This document shows, piece by piece, positions 1 through 8,368 of a stretch of DNA of 58,761 bases (the first letter of the stretch is position 1; each line of letters begins with the position of its first letter). Below the pieces are notes generated by a model. It saw only the letters and a list, made by a program, of their open reading frames with translations. It had not been told where the DNA came from and made no database searches. Location of the stretch: the sequence record SRR2962707_856; one strand, 5' to 3'. The position numbers were made by a program, and so were the translations under genes.

Positions 1-30
1 ACCAGTGACCCCTGCCGTGTGAAGGCAGTG
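1..30 (-). other. att core, left part: anticodon arm of tRNA-Val(CAC) fragment
   Basis: Minus strand reads CACTGCC-TTCACAC-GGCAG-GGGTCACTGGT (stem CTGCC/GGCAG, anticodon CAC); no D-arm follows, so the copy is truncated. Confidence 0.85.
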
Positions 31-119
31 GTTCCACGCCAAAGTGGAGGTTTTCTGGGGGTTTTGTAATACGGCGATGGGTGGATTTGGCCGTTTGTGC
101 CGTGTATGTTCCTGTCGAT

Positions 120-135
120 TGGTGCAACTGCACCA
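120..135. repeat. Putative integrase arm-type site (TGGTGCAACTGCACCA)
   Basis: Near-palindrome matching TGGTGCAATTGCACCA at 58668-58683 on the other side of the att core. Confidence 0.6.
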
Positions 136-238
136 GGGAGCACTGTCTGTACGCGCCGCCCCGGTAAGCATCGTTACCGGTAGCTCGACCCGTCCATGTA
201 GGTGCGGGCCTGTGGTGCGAGGCGGCGCGGTGTTTTGG

Positions 239-910
239 TTATTCGGCTGCGATGCGCATAAAAGACATGTCGCCCGCCCACGCATTACCCATAGCGTCTT
301 CAAGAGCATTGCGCATCGCTCGAACCGGGTGTTCTCCACGAACACGTGATTGAAGGTCAGCCTCTCGCATCACATGCAAGAGAAGATCGAGCGTCACCGG
401 CATGTATCCGGGTAACGTGCCTTGCGTCGAACGCCCACCCTCGATTACGTCAGTCACTCGCTCCAACCGCTCCGCCGAGCGCGCCAACGAAATAGCGTTG
501 TCGAGTTTCGTGCTAGCCCGCCGCTCGTGAGCTTTCACAGGAATGGCGGACTTGGCCCGACGGTACTCCATGAACACGGTGATAAGCTGCCGACGAACCT
601 CGGCGGCCTTGGCAGTGTTTGAGAACATGCAGATCAGCAGGGCTTGGGGTTCGTTGAGGTAATATTGAATGGCGGGGCGTCCGCCTTGCTTTCCGGGGTT
701 AGCCCTGTGGCGGGGCAAACCGCCATAAGCACGCATTTCGTCTGCGTTGCGCTCGATAAGCTCCCGCACCTTACGCGGACGGTCAAACCCCAGCCTTTCT
801 CCCAGCGCAACATCGAGCACACGCGGCTCGCTATCGATATTTGTATTCAGGTCTGCAATCGAAATTGCGGTTATGGTATTTGTTCTTCTAGCCTGTGCCA
901 TGGGTATCAT
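239..910 (-). CDS. Phage antirepressor-like DNA-binding protein
   Basis: RVLDVALGERLGFDRPRKVRELIERN...GGRP...YYLNEPQALLICMFS pattern seen in phage antirepressor N-terminal domains. Confidence 0.65.
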   Translation of the reverse strand: MIPMAQARRTNTITAISIADLNTNIDSEPRVLDVALGERLGFDRPRKVRELIERNADEMRAYGGLPRHRANPGKQGGRPAIQYYLNEPQALLICMFSNTAKAAEVRRQLITVFMEYRRAKSAIPVKAHERRASTKLDNAISLARSAERLERVTDVIEGGRSTQGTLPGYMPVTLDLLLHVMREADLQSRVRGEHPVRAMRNALEDAMGNAWAGDMSFMRIAAE

Positions 911-963
911 CCGTGTCTTGGGTTAGGCTGGGTCGGTGTGCGACCACCGATTCCAGCCGACAT

Positions 964-1011
964 CATGTATATACATGCCATATTTACAGCATGTCAATAC
1001 AGCGCTATAAA
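964..1011. promoter_or_regulatory. Overlapping divergent promoters with palindromic operator CATGTATATACATG
   Basis: Minus: TTGACA(997-992)-N17-GTATAT; plus: TTTACA(983)-N17-TATAAA(1006); perfect 14-bp palindrome at 964-977. Confidence 0.6.
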
Positions 1012-1017
1012 CCCGAC

Positions 1018-1278
1018 ATGACCCTTCGGCACGATAAACAACTACAGATGCGCGCATCGGACGACTTCATTCGCTCGATAGACGAATGGCGGCGCACGCA
1101 GCCCGACATCCCTTCTCGCGCAGAGGCCATCCGCCGCCTGATCCAGACCGGAATCAAGGCCGAGCCAATCTTGCGCGATGTAATGAAGATGCTGGTGGAG
1201 TTGCGCGGCACAGGGCCTGCGCATGAATTGGACGAGCACATCGAGCAAATCATGGATGCGCTTGGGATGAGCGATTAA
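1018..1278 (+). CDS. Ribbon-helix-helix (Arc/CopG-like) regulator, probably leaderless
   Basis: QLQMRASDDFIRSIDEWRR...PSRAEAIRRLI; ATG about 7 nt after the -10 box, no SD. Confidence 0.75.
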   Translation: MTLRHDKQLQMRASDDFIRSIDEWRRTQPDIPSRAEAIRRLIQTGIKAEPILRDVMKMLVELRGTGPAHELDEHIEQIMDALGMSD

Positions 1279-1287
1279 ATTCAGCCG

Positions 1288-1320
1288 AAAATAAAGCCGC
1301 CCGGTTGTGAGCCGGGCGGT
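1288..1320 (-). terminator. Intrinsic terminator of the leftward accessory operon
   Basis: Hairpin CCGCCCGG/CCGGGCGG followed by TTTATTTT on minus strand. Confidence 0.75.
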
Positions 1321-1331
1321 GTGGTGGTTGA

Positions 1332-2057
1332 TTAGGCGGCAACCCTGGGACGAAGTATCTTTAGACGATTCTCGTTAGCCGCGACTGGAACTCGACGCCA
1401 CGTTTTTCCGGTTAGCGCGAATACCACTGTGTTGTAGGACACCCCGTACCGGTCAGCCAGTCGATGCAGTGGCTCATCGGATGTGCGAATATCAATCACC
1501 GCCGCCTCTGTAAGCTTGGCACAGTAGTGCGCCTCTCCGGCTATCCTGTCTCCGGGCTGTACATTAAAAATCTCGCCGGTAACGGGTAGCCATGACCACT
1601 CTTTAAGAGACTTGATGTTGGAGACGCTGGATAAGCCAATCCCAAAATCAGAGGCAATTTCTTCGTGAGCTCGCTTATCTGACCTTATCTGATGGACCTG
1701 GTCTGTGGTTAATTTGGTATGCGGCAGGGATGCACCCTTGGCCTGCCTGCCTTTTGATACGCAGTCCTCCATATTTTCTTTGCGAGTACCTGCGAAAAGG
1801 TGGAGTGGGTCGACGCATTTGCGGTTATCGCAACGGTGGCAAACCTCCATCCCGTCCGGTATCGGTATGTCCAGCACATGCTGGAAAGAAAATCTATGGG
1901 CAAGCATTCTGTGCTTTACCCGATCCCGCTTCATCTCGATTACGCCGTAGCCGCCAGACTGAATATAGCCCTGCCATTCAAGACAACCATTCAAGGCGCG
2001 TTTGGTTTTCGCCTGAAAGCGCTTCGTCATTTCAGGGATAGGTGCATCTGGGCTCAT
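1332..2057 (-). CDS. HNH endonuclease with repeated C-terminal DNA-binding units
   Basis: CLEWQG...AHRFSF...VCHRCDNRKCVDPLHL...N; two KLT..V..IR repeats; ends AANENRLKILRPRVAA. Confidence 0.85.
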   Translation of the reverse strand: MSPDAPIPEMTKRFQAKTKRALNGCLEWQGYIQSGGYGVIEMKRDRVKHRMLAHRFSFQHVLDIPIPDGMEVCHRCDNRKCVDPLHLFAGTRKENMEDCVSKGRQAKGASLPHTKLTTDQVHQIRSDKRAHEEIASDFGIGLSSVSNIKSLKEWSWLPVTGEIFNVQPGDRIAGEAHYCAKLTEAAVIDIRTSDEPLHRLADRYGVSYNTVVFALTGKTWRRVPVAANENRLKILRPRVAA

Positions 2058-2485
2058 TCCCTCACCTTCAATCGCTCTATCGCCTCGCTGGCCGACGCAC
2101 ATTTCGGCCGATCGTCGATCAAAGAACCACTAGCCTTGGCATCCATAAGAATAGCCATGCAGGCTCGCACGTGAGCTAGGTGTGACGCACCACTTTCCGG
2201 GTCTGTGTCCTCACCAGAGAACCAGGACAAAAGGTGACGCATAGCCGCGCTGTAGTAAGTGGTGGCGTCGACAGGGTCGTCCTGCCAGTTATACGGCCCG
2301 TACTTTGCAGCGCCCAAGGCCATCACTACGCTTTCTTCGATAATGGCGATGGGCGGGATAAACTGCGGGCTAGGCTTGCGCACGCCGAATGCCCGCTTGG
2401 GATTGCTTGATGGCGCGTTGTCATTGGCTGCCGACCGTGTGAGCGTAATGTCACCGGCCTGTCTTGCGTGTTCCGAGTTCATCAC
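2054..2485 (-). CDS. DUF5664-like (dATP/dGTP diphosphohydrolase N-terminal-like) protein
   Basis: VMALGAAKYGPYNW...YYSAAMRHLLSWFSGEDTDPESGASHLAH. Confidence 0.8.
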   Translation of the reverse strand: MMNSEHARQAGDITLTRSAANDNAPSSNPKRAFGVRKPSPQFIPPIAIIEESVVMALGAAKYGPYNWQDDPVDATTYYSAAMRHLLSWFSGEDTDPESGASHLAHVRACMAILMDAKASGSLIDDRPKCASASEAIERLKVRE

Positions 2486-3228
2486 TCCTCCCCATATAAC
2501 TCAGAAAACAGCGCCAGGAACTCAGCCTTGGCGCGCTCCGGCGGCCAGAACTGCAAAACAACACCCAACCGAACGCCGGTCAGGCCCCACTCCTTTTCAC
2601 TGGGCGCCATGTTCTGCTGCCGTTCGTCGTGCAGGATCCGAGCGTCCGCATCGTGCACAGCATCGTGCAGCGTGGTTTCGAGCCCGTACCGTTCGCACAC
2701 CGCCTCAAAGGCCGTGGCTTCGGCCTGCCGATACCCGCCAAGGAATGGCTTCACAGGACGCGGCACGTCGGTCAGGTAGGCTTCACAGGCGTCGTGCAGC
2801 AGCCCTTCCAGCGCAATCGCGTCGCTGTGCTTTTGGCGTAGGTGGCGTGCGATAAGCACGCAATGTTCTGCCACTGAGTAAAACCGCAGCGAGTGCCCGT
2901 TGTACCGGCACTGCATGGACAAGCTATGCGCAATGTCCTCGATGCAGATGTCTTCTGGCCGCAGGTCCATTGGGAACACTGCGCGGCCGGAGTAGGTCTG
3001 CATGAACGAACCGATGCGGGGCTGTGGCGGCAAGCGGGGGTCGTCCACCTGCTCCACGACTTCCCGCGCCACCTCGTCGACCAATTCACGCGTCACGTTG
3101 TCATTGGCCAACTTCGTGTTGCCATAGACGAAGCTGCGGCGCTGCTCTTCCTCCTGCTCCGGGGTCATGGGCTTGTGGTTGTCGAGCATGTATTGCAGGG
3201 CGTCTTCGGAAAGCATGTCCATGCTCAT
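2482..3228 (-). CDS. HD-family phosphohydrolase (YfbR/5'-deoxynucleotidase-like)
   Basis: IEDIAHSLSMQCRYNGH...YSVAEHC...LLHDACEAYLTDVPRPVK; ATGA-coupled start. Confidence 0.85.
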   Translation of the reverse strand: MSMDMLSEDALQYMLDNHKPMTPEQEEEQRRSFVYGNTKLANDNVTRELVDEVAREVVEQVDDPRLPPQPRIGSFMQTYSGRAVFPMDLRPEDICIEDIAHSLSMQCRYNGHSLRFYSVAEHCVLIARHLRQKHSDAIALEGLLHDACEAYLTDVPRPVKPFLGGYRQAEATAFEAVCERYGLETTLHDAVHDADARILHDERQQNMAPSEKEWGLTGVRLGVVLQFWPPERAKAEFLALFSELYGEE

Positions 3229-3587
3229 ACCCCCTCCTCCAGCGCGTCGGCCAGTTCGATGAACGTGGCGGCTGCAGCGCGGAGAGACGCCGCGTTCGCG
3301 TACCGCTTGTACTCGATCTCGAAACCGGAGAACGGGATCGGCGTGACAGTCACGTCGCCATACTTCCCCGGCACGATTTCCTTGCGCGTGACGGTGCGGA
3401 CGGGGCTGGCGCACTGGACTAGGCGAAAGCGTTCTGGCCTATAACTCTGCTTCGCCGACTCGATGTAGATCCACTCGCCTTCGTCCACATCTTGCGTCAA
3501 TGTGTGCCTTTCGCCGTTCTTGATGCTGAAATCTTCGCCAGCATTTACGACTTCGACAACATCTCCGGCCTTAAACTGTCTTCCCAT
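3225..3587 (-). CDS. Hypothetical protein
   Basis: Strong GAGGAG SD; FKAGDVVEVV start; coupled to next gene. Confidence 0.7.
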   Translation of the reverse strand: MGRQFKAGDVVEVVNAGEDFSIKNGERHTLTQDVDEGEWIYIESAKQSYRPERFRLVQCASPVRTVTRKEIVPGKYGDVTVTPIPFSGFEIEYKRYANAASLRAAAATFIELADALEEGV

Positions 3588-3631
3588 CTCATATCTCCTC
3601 TGTGGTGGTCGCGGGGTGGTGTCCCGCTGGT

Positions 3632-4099
3632 TTATGCTGCTATGCCCAAGGCCCATCTTGCCTTCTGCAAATGAACGCCCGCCGCTTGCTTTGTAATCCC
3701 CATAACCTGCCCCGCCTCGCTCAGTGTGTTGTCGTTCGCGACCAGCTTGAACACGTCCCGCTGCCTGTCCGGCAGGTGTTCGGCTCGCTCAAGCAACCGC
3801 GTCAGTTCAAAGACATACGGCTGGTTTGCCTCAACTGGCGGCACCAGCCATTCCGAGCCGCCGGGCGTTCCGGCAGGTGGCAGCTTCGTCTGCCCTTTCA
3901 GCACGCGGGCCGCAGCCGACCGCACATGCAGGTAGAGCCAAGACGCCTTGGATTTTGACGGGTCGTAGGAGCGCGATTCAAGAATGGTGGCGCACGCCTC
4001 TTGAAACACGTCCTCGTGGTTGTGCTTGCCGATCTTGCGGGAATAGGCGCGCAGTTTGTCGAGATTGTCCGTAATAAGGCGTGCCATATCGGCGGGCAT
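3632..4099 (-). CDS. ECF/sigma70-like (region 2 + region 4) factor
   Basis: LRAYSRKI...EDVFQEA...ASWLY; HLPDRQRDVFKLV...TLSEAGQVMGIT HTH. Confidence 0.75.
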   Translation of the reverse strand: MPADMARLITDNLDKLRAYSRKIGKHNHEDVFQEACATILESRSYDPSKSKASWLYLHVRSAAARVLKGQTKLPPAGTPGGSEWLVPPVEANQPYVFELTRLLERAEHLPDRQRDVFKLVANDNTLSEAGQVMGITKQAAGVHLQKARWALGIAA

Positions 4100-4135
4100 A
4101 ATGTCTCCTCTGGTGGTTTGCGCTGTGGTGGGGCG

Positions 4136-4840
4136 CTAGATTGAAACGATAAGGTCCGGCTGGAACGACTGGTTCTCGCCGGGGTAGCCTCGCGGATTGG
4201 CAAGCACCCGCGTGGTGCCAATCTCGTAATCGAAGTTGTTATGCACGTGACCGTGGATCCACAGCGCCGCACCGCTTTCCGCAACGATGTCGTCCATATC
4301 GCTGTAATAGGCTCGGTTGATTGCAGACCCAGCGAAGCGACTATGGACGCTCTTCGACGACGGCGCGTGGTGGGTGACAACCACGTCAGCCTTGACGCCC
4401 GACAAGAAGGCACGGCTTGCCGCGTGCAATTGCGTCGCATGGCTTGGCAGGAATCGCTGGTATGGGTTCTTGGTCCACTTGATATAGCGATGGTCGTTCA
4501 TAGCCCGACGGGCCAGTTCGGCTGCCGCTGACGAGTGGCCGTAGTCGGTCCAGAGAGTGGACCCTGCGACCGTCACGCCGTCCACGGTAACGGCTGTGTC
4601 GTCGAGAAAGTGCAGTCCGGGGACAGCAGACAGCTTCGCCAGCCGTTCCTGATAATCCCAGCCGTAGAACTCATGGTTTCCAGCAACGAACACGGTTGGC
4701 AGTCTGGCTGCCGTGCGCTCGAGCCAGTCATCGTTCACAGCATCGCCAGCGACAACCGCAATGTCGGCATTGGCGGGTGGCGCAAGCCACTCCCCGCCGT
4801 GGTCGTAGTGCAGGTCAGAAACAATCCAGAGATTGGTCAC
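4136..4840 (-). CDS. Calcineurin-like metallophosphoesterase
   Basis: SDLH, AGD, GNHE, THHAP, HGHVH motifs. Confidence 0.9.
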   Translation of the reverse strand: MTNLWIVSDLHYDHGGEWLAPPANADIAVVAGDAVNDDWLERTAARLPTVFVAGNHEFYGWDYQERLAKLSAVPGLHFLDDTAVTVDGVTVAGSTLWTDYGHSSAAAELARRAMNDHRYIKWTKNPYQRFLPSHATQLHAASRAFLSGVKADVVVTHHAPSSKSVHSRFAGSAINRAYYSDMDDIVAESGAALWIHGHVHNNFDYEIGTTRVLANPRGYPGENQSFQPDLIVSI

Positions 4841-6093
4841 GCCGCCCTCCTCTGCGGTTGATTGTCGTTGGCGGCAACACCATCCAGCATTGCCACGCGC
4901 ACCCGGCCAATCTCACCCATGTTCCGGTGGTAGGAGATGGTTTGCAGCGACCGACCGGACAGGAACCCCGAACCAAAATGCCATGCGTCTTGCGGTATGG
5001 GCGCCTGATGCGACTCCATAATCACACCGCCGCCTTCGGTCGCTGACTTGGACTGGTGGTGCACATGAAATCCATGGGCGTAGCGGAACTGGGTCGCGCC
5101 CCAATCCACGGCCCGACGATGCGCCATGATTGACGGCATGTCTTTCAGCTTGGCTTCGTGTCCATGTGTGGCGGCAAGCATCACCTTGCCGAAGCGGTGA
5201 TAGAAGAAAAGCGACTGGTCAAGGTCAACTTCGACGCGCGGCTCATTGCGATACCAAGCCTTCAGGAACCATGCGATGGCCGGTGCGGTTTCTTCGTCGT
5301 GGTTGCCCTTCAGGTTTCGAACGATGACACGACCGTTCCGTCTCAGGGCCGCATCGACGGTGCGCACCATAAGTGCGCCGGCCGTCTCGACGACCTTTTG
5401 ATGTCGCCCCTCGACGTCGAGTTGGTTGGCAGAGCGCGCCGTCTGGTTCTTGTTGTTGTCGGCATGTGTTAGGTCGCCACCACCCAAAACGATAGCAACC
5501 GCACTGGCAGGACTGCGCGAAATTGCATCCTCAATGCCTTGCCCGATTTGCTGCTCGGCGTGTTTCAAATCCCAGTTCTGGTCGGTCTCGCGCTGCCATG
5601 CGAACATTCCGACGTGCCAGTCATTGCACGGTATAAGCGTGAGCAAGTCGTCGCTTACCGCGGACGGCGACGGCACTGGGGCCGCGCACGGATCGTAATT
5701 CTCGAAACGCTTGGCTAGGATGTCGGCAATGTCGATCGCGCTTGGCGTCTCCCTTGTCTTCACCCACTGCTGGACCAGCCGCCCTTCGGCGTCGACCAGT
5801 GCGGACACACCCTTGACCGCGTGGCCGGTCGGAACTTCAAACGCCTCGCCGTGTTCCTTGACCTGCTTGACCCAGGAGTCGCCTTCCTTCGTGGCGATCG
5901 ACTTGATTGCGAAACCGGGCTTTGTTTCAGCCGGCCCCAGCAGCCCCCGCTCAGCAGCCCGCGCCAGCCGGTTGTTGAACGTGTTTCTCGGCAGCCCCAG
6001 CGTGGCCGCAGCTTCGGTTTTGTTCTCGCCGCATGCGCGGTAGGCCAGTGCGGCCTCTAGGGCGAGGTCGTCTGTCAATGGTGGGGTGGTCAT
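4837..6093 (-). CDS. Metallophosphoesterase-fold protein with N-terminal Fis-like HTH
   Basis: NKTEAAATLGLPRNT; DWH, GGD, GNHD, THGH, HVHH motifs; ends AANDNQPQRRAA. Confidence 0.8.
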   Translation of the reverse strand: MTTPPLTDDLALEAALAYRACGENKTEAAATLGLPRNTFNNRLARAAERGLLGPAETKPGFAIKSIATKEGDSWVKQVKEHGEAFEVPTGHAVKGVSALVDAEGRLVQQWVKTRETPSAIDIADILAKRFENYDPCAAPVPSPSAVSDDLLTLIPCNDWHVGMFAWQRETDQNWDLKHAEQQIGQGIEDAISRSPASAVAIVLGGGDLTHADNNKNQTARSANQLDVEGRHQKVVETAGALMVRTVDAALRRNGRVIVRNLKGNHDEETAPAIAWFLKAWYRNEPRVEVDLDQSLFFYHRFGKVMLAATHGHEAKLKDMPSIMAHRRAVDWGATQFRYAHGFHVHHQSKSATEGGGVIMESHQAPIPQDAWHFGSGFLSGRSLQTISYHRNMGEIGRVRVAMLDGVAANDNQPQRRAA

Positions 6094-6133
6094 TAGGATT
6101 CTCCTCGGATGGCTGTGGCTAGGTCTGCACGGT

Positions 6134-6451
6134 TCATGCGTCCACCCTCTCTTTCGTGTCAGTCAGCATCCAAGCGAACTTGGCCACGTCGTCGGCTTGC
6201 GTGATTAGGGGGCGGAAGCGACACACACCAAAGCCTTCGGCCTTGCCCCATCTGGTAACTTCGCGGAGGGAGAGCGTTACTTTATTTCGAGGATTACGCC
6301 CGTTGACCTGACCGAGTCTCTCAACTTGGACCGATTCAATCGTGTAGGTTTTGCCGCGCGAGAAAATATTATGGTACTCTCCCTCAATCATAACCGGTCG
6401 ATCATCCACACAAACGACCTTCGCCCCCGGCACTGCCCATGGATAGTTCAT
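6134..6451 (-). CDS. Hypothetical protein
   Basis: ATGA-coupled; GAKVVCVDD...RFRPL phage-type pattern. Confidence 0.65.
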   Translation of the reverse strand: MNYPWAVPGAKVVCVDDRPVMIEGEYHNIFSRGKTYTIESVQVERLGQVNGRNPRNKVTLSLREVTRWGKAEGFGVCRFRPLITQADDVAKFAWMLTDTKERVDA

Positions 6452-6813
6452 GGCTTCACCTCTGCGATTAGAGCGCGCAGGAGGGCGGCTAGGATGGCGA
6501 GTGGGATCGTGACGTTGCAACCCTCGCCGGTTACCCGCTTTCCTCCCAGACCGTCTGGCCACCAGTTGATGTGCGCGCCGCACCCTGACGGGTCGACACC
6601 CATTTGAACTCCGCAGACCGGCAGCAACCGCTCCACCAGCCAAAGCGCGTCGTCAACTGACCCAGTCAGTCTTGGGGGCCATGATACAAAGTCGCACGTT
6701 GCGGATGTGTCAAACGCTTTCACAAGGTCGCGGTTGAGTTGCGAGTCAGCCCCCGTCGCCTTCTCAACCCGATCAAGCAGCGCTTGCAGTTCTTCTTTCG
6801 TCGCCATGTTCAC
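6448..6813 (-). CDS. Hypothetical protein
   Basis: Coupled ORF within operon. Confidence 0.7.
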   Translation of the reverse strand: MNMATKEELQALLDRVEKATGADSQLNRDLVKAFDTSATCDFVSWPPRLTGSVDDALWLVERLLPVCGVQMGVDPSGCGAHINWWPDGLGGKRVTGEGCNVTIPLAILAALLRALIAEVKP

Positions 6814-7475
6814 TCCCTCCCCATCAGTTCACAAATCGCTTCACCGCTCACCACCAGCCCGATGCCGGTCAGTTGCGACCCGAACCCAACCGGATACGTC
6901 ATCACGGCCATGGAGATTCCCACGACCTGACCGTCCGCAACGACAGGCCCGCCGCTCATGCCGGGAATGATTGTCATATCGACGGGATAGGCGCCGGGAA
7001 TGCCCAAGGCAGAACCAACCGGCCCGATGACCTGACCAGCGGTGCGCACGAACTCCATGGCAAGCGGGTTGCCGTAGGCTATGACAGGCGTGCCGACCGG
7101 CGGCGTGTCGCAGGATAGCGGCAGGGTCTGCAGGTCTTCTGCTGAGGTAGAGAGCAAAGCCACGTCGTACGTCGTACTGGCCCAAAGCACTTCCGCGCCT
7201 CTGGTGTCGTCCGTAGTCTTGATTGTGGCCGTGTCTTGGGCTTTAACGACGTGTGCCGCGGTCAGGATTAGTCCTCCGCCGATATGCACGCCACTACCGT
7301 GGCCGGTTGCGGTTTCGACTTTGACTGTTGCGGTGATTGTGGGGGTTGGTGGGAAGTGGTGCTGGAGAGACGTGCCGATTAGAGCGACCGCAACCAGCGC
7401 GCAAGTGCTAAGAATACCGGCTACAAAAAAGGCGCCGGGAGCGGTGAGTCTGTGGTCTATGGCTGTCGCGCTCAT
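6810..7475 (-). CDS. Trypsin-like (S1/HtrA-type) serine protease with N-terminal membrane anchor
   Basis: GSGVHI..ILTAAHV (His), DVALL (Asp), PGMSGGPV (Ser). Confidence 0.9.
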   Translation of the reverse strand: MSATAIDHRLTAPGAFFVAGILSTCALVAVALIGTSLQHHFPPTPTITATVKVETATGHGSGVHIGGGLILTAAHVVKAQDTATIKTTDDTRGAEVLWASTTYDVALLSTSAEDLQTLPLSCDTPPVGTPVIAYGNPLAMEFVRTAGQVIGPVGSALGIPGAYPVDMTIIPGMSGGPVVADGQVVGISMAVMTYPVGFGSQLTGIGLVVSGEAICELMGRE

Positions 7476-7570
7476 GGCTGCACACGGTCGGAACCGCCCC
7501 GGATTACAAGGAAGGCGATGACGCTAACCGGAACGCCGATGGCAAGGATCGTTGTGAGGAGCGGGGTCAT
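7472..7570 (-). CDS. Small membrane protein (32 aa)
   Basis: MTPLLTTILAIGVPVSVIAFLVIR...; ATGA overlaps at both ends. Confidence 0.55.
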   Translation of the reverse strand: MTPLLTTILAIGVPVSVIAFLVIRGGSDRVQP

Positions 7571-7818
7571 TGACGGCGCTCCGCGACAACGACGCCGAAC
7601 AACCCGTGCGGAAGCACTCTTTTCAGCGCCCACGCGACAAAGAACAGAATCCCCACCAAGAGGTTGATCGGCCCCAAGATTGAGATGCAAGCGCCAATCA
7701 GCACTTCGGCAACCGTTATCTCTAGTTCGTCTCTCCACCAAAACCAGAGCGTGAGAAACGAGCCAATCGCCCCTATTGCCAGCCAAATCGCTATAAACAG
7801 TGCTACAGTCATCCTCAT
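7567..7818 (-). CDS. Membrane protein
   Basis: Hydrophobic helices; GGGGAG SD. Confidence 0.65.
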   Translation of the reverse strand: MRMTVALFIAIWLAIGAIGSFLTLWFWWRDELEITVAEVLIGACISILGPINLLVGILFFVAWALKRVLPHGLFGVVVAERRQ

Positions 7819-7860
7819 ATCTCCCCGGTGGTTCGCGCGTGTGGTGTCCGCGCAGGTCAC

Positions 7861-7900
7861 AAAAACAAAAAAAGCCCGCCGACCTTTCGGCCAGCGGGCG
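7861..7900 (-). terminator. Intrinsic terminator
   Basis: GCCCGCTGGCC-GAAA-GGTCGGCGGGC followed by TTTTTTTGTTTTT. Confidence 0.8.
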
Positions 7901-7915
7901 TTCGGTCATATTCGC

Positions 7916-7958
7916 ATATTAGAAGTTTATGCGCATATGTCAAGTAAAAAGTGATATG
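7916..7958 (-). promoter_or_regulatory. Promoter with repeated operator (CTTGACATATGCGCATAAA...TAATAT)
   Basis: 19-mer TTTATGCGCATATGTCAAG identical to copies at 34654 and 54308. Confidence 0.8.
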
Positions 7959-8011
7959 GAAGGCATAAAGGCGGCAGCAAATGCCTATCAAAACATGTTT
8001 CGGCTAGGCAA

Positions 8012-8368
8012 CTACCCACCACGCGGCGGCGTCCTAGTCGCCCTCGGCGCGGTCCATGCGTCCAGCCGCTGGTTGGTATAGTCGATCTTGTTGCTCACCC
8101 CGTCCAGCGCCTTCATGATTTGCGCGGTCTGCTCGGCCATGCCAGCCTTGGTGGTGTAGGTCTGCGCCACGTGCAGTTTGTGGTCGGCCAAGTCCTCTTT
8201 GGTGCGGTCGAGTTCGATGCGGACGGCACCGTTCGCTATGGTGCTGGCCTCGGCAACCTTATCAATGCGGTTGCCGACGAATTTCCAGACCGCAAAGCAG
8301 AGCCCGGCGAAAGCAACCAAAAACCCGCCGACCGTGACCACGTGTTCAAGCGTGATACCTGAGTCCAT
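8012..8368 (-). CDS. Lysis-module membrane protein
   Basis: N-terminal TM segment plus coiled coil; follows endolysin cluster. Confidence 0.6.
   Translation of the reverse strand: MDSGITLEHVVTVGGFLVAFAGLCFAVWKFVGNRIDKVAEASTIANGAVRIELDRTKEDLADHKLHVAQTYTTKAGMAEQTAQIMKALDGVSNKIDYTNQRLDAWTAPRATRTPPRGG

Noticed and set aside
2054-3228. Diaminopurine (dZ) genome pathway
   Set aside because: No PurZ/adenylosuccinate-synthase-like gene or phage DNA polymerase was recognised
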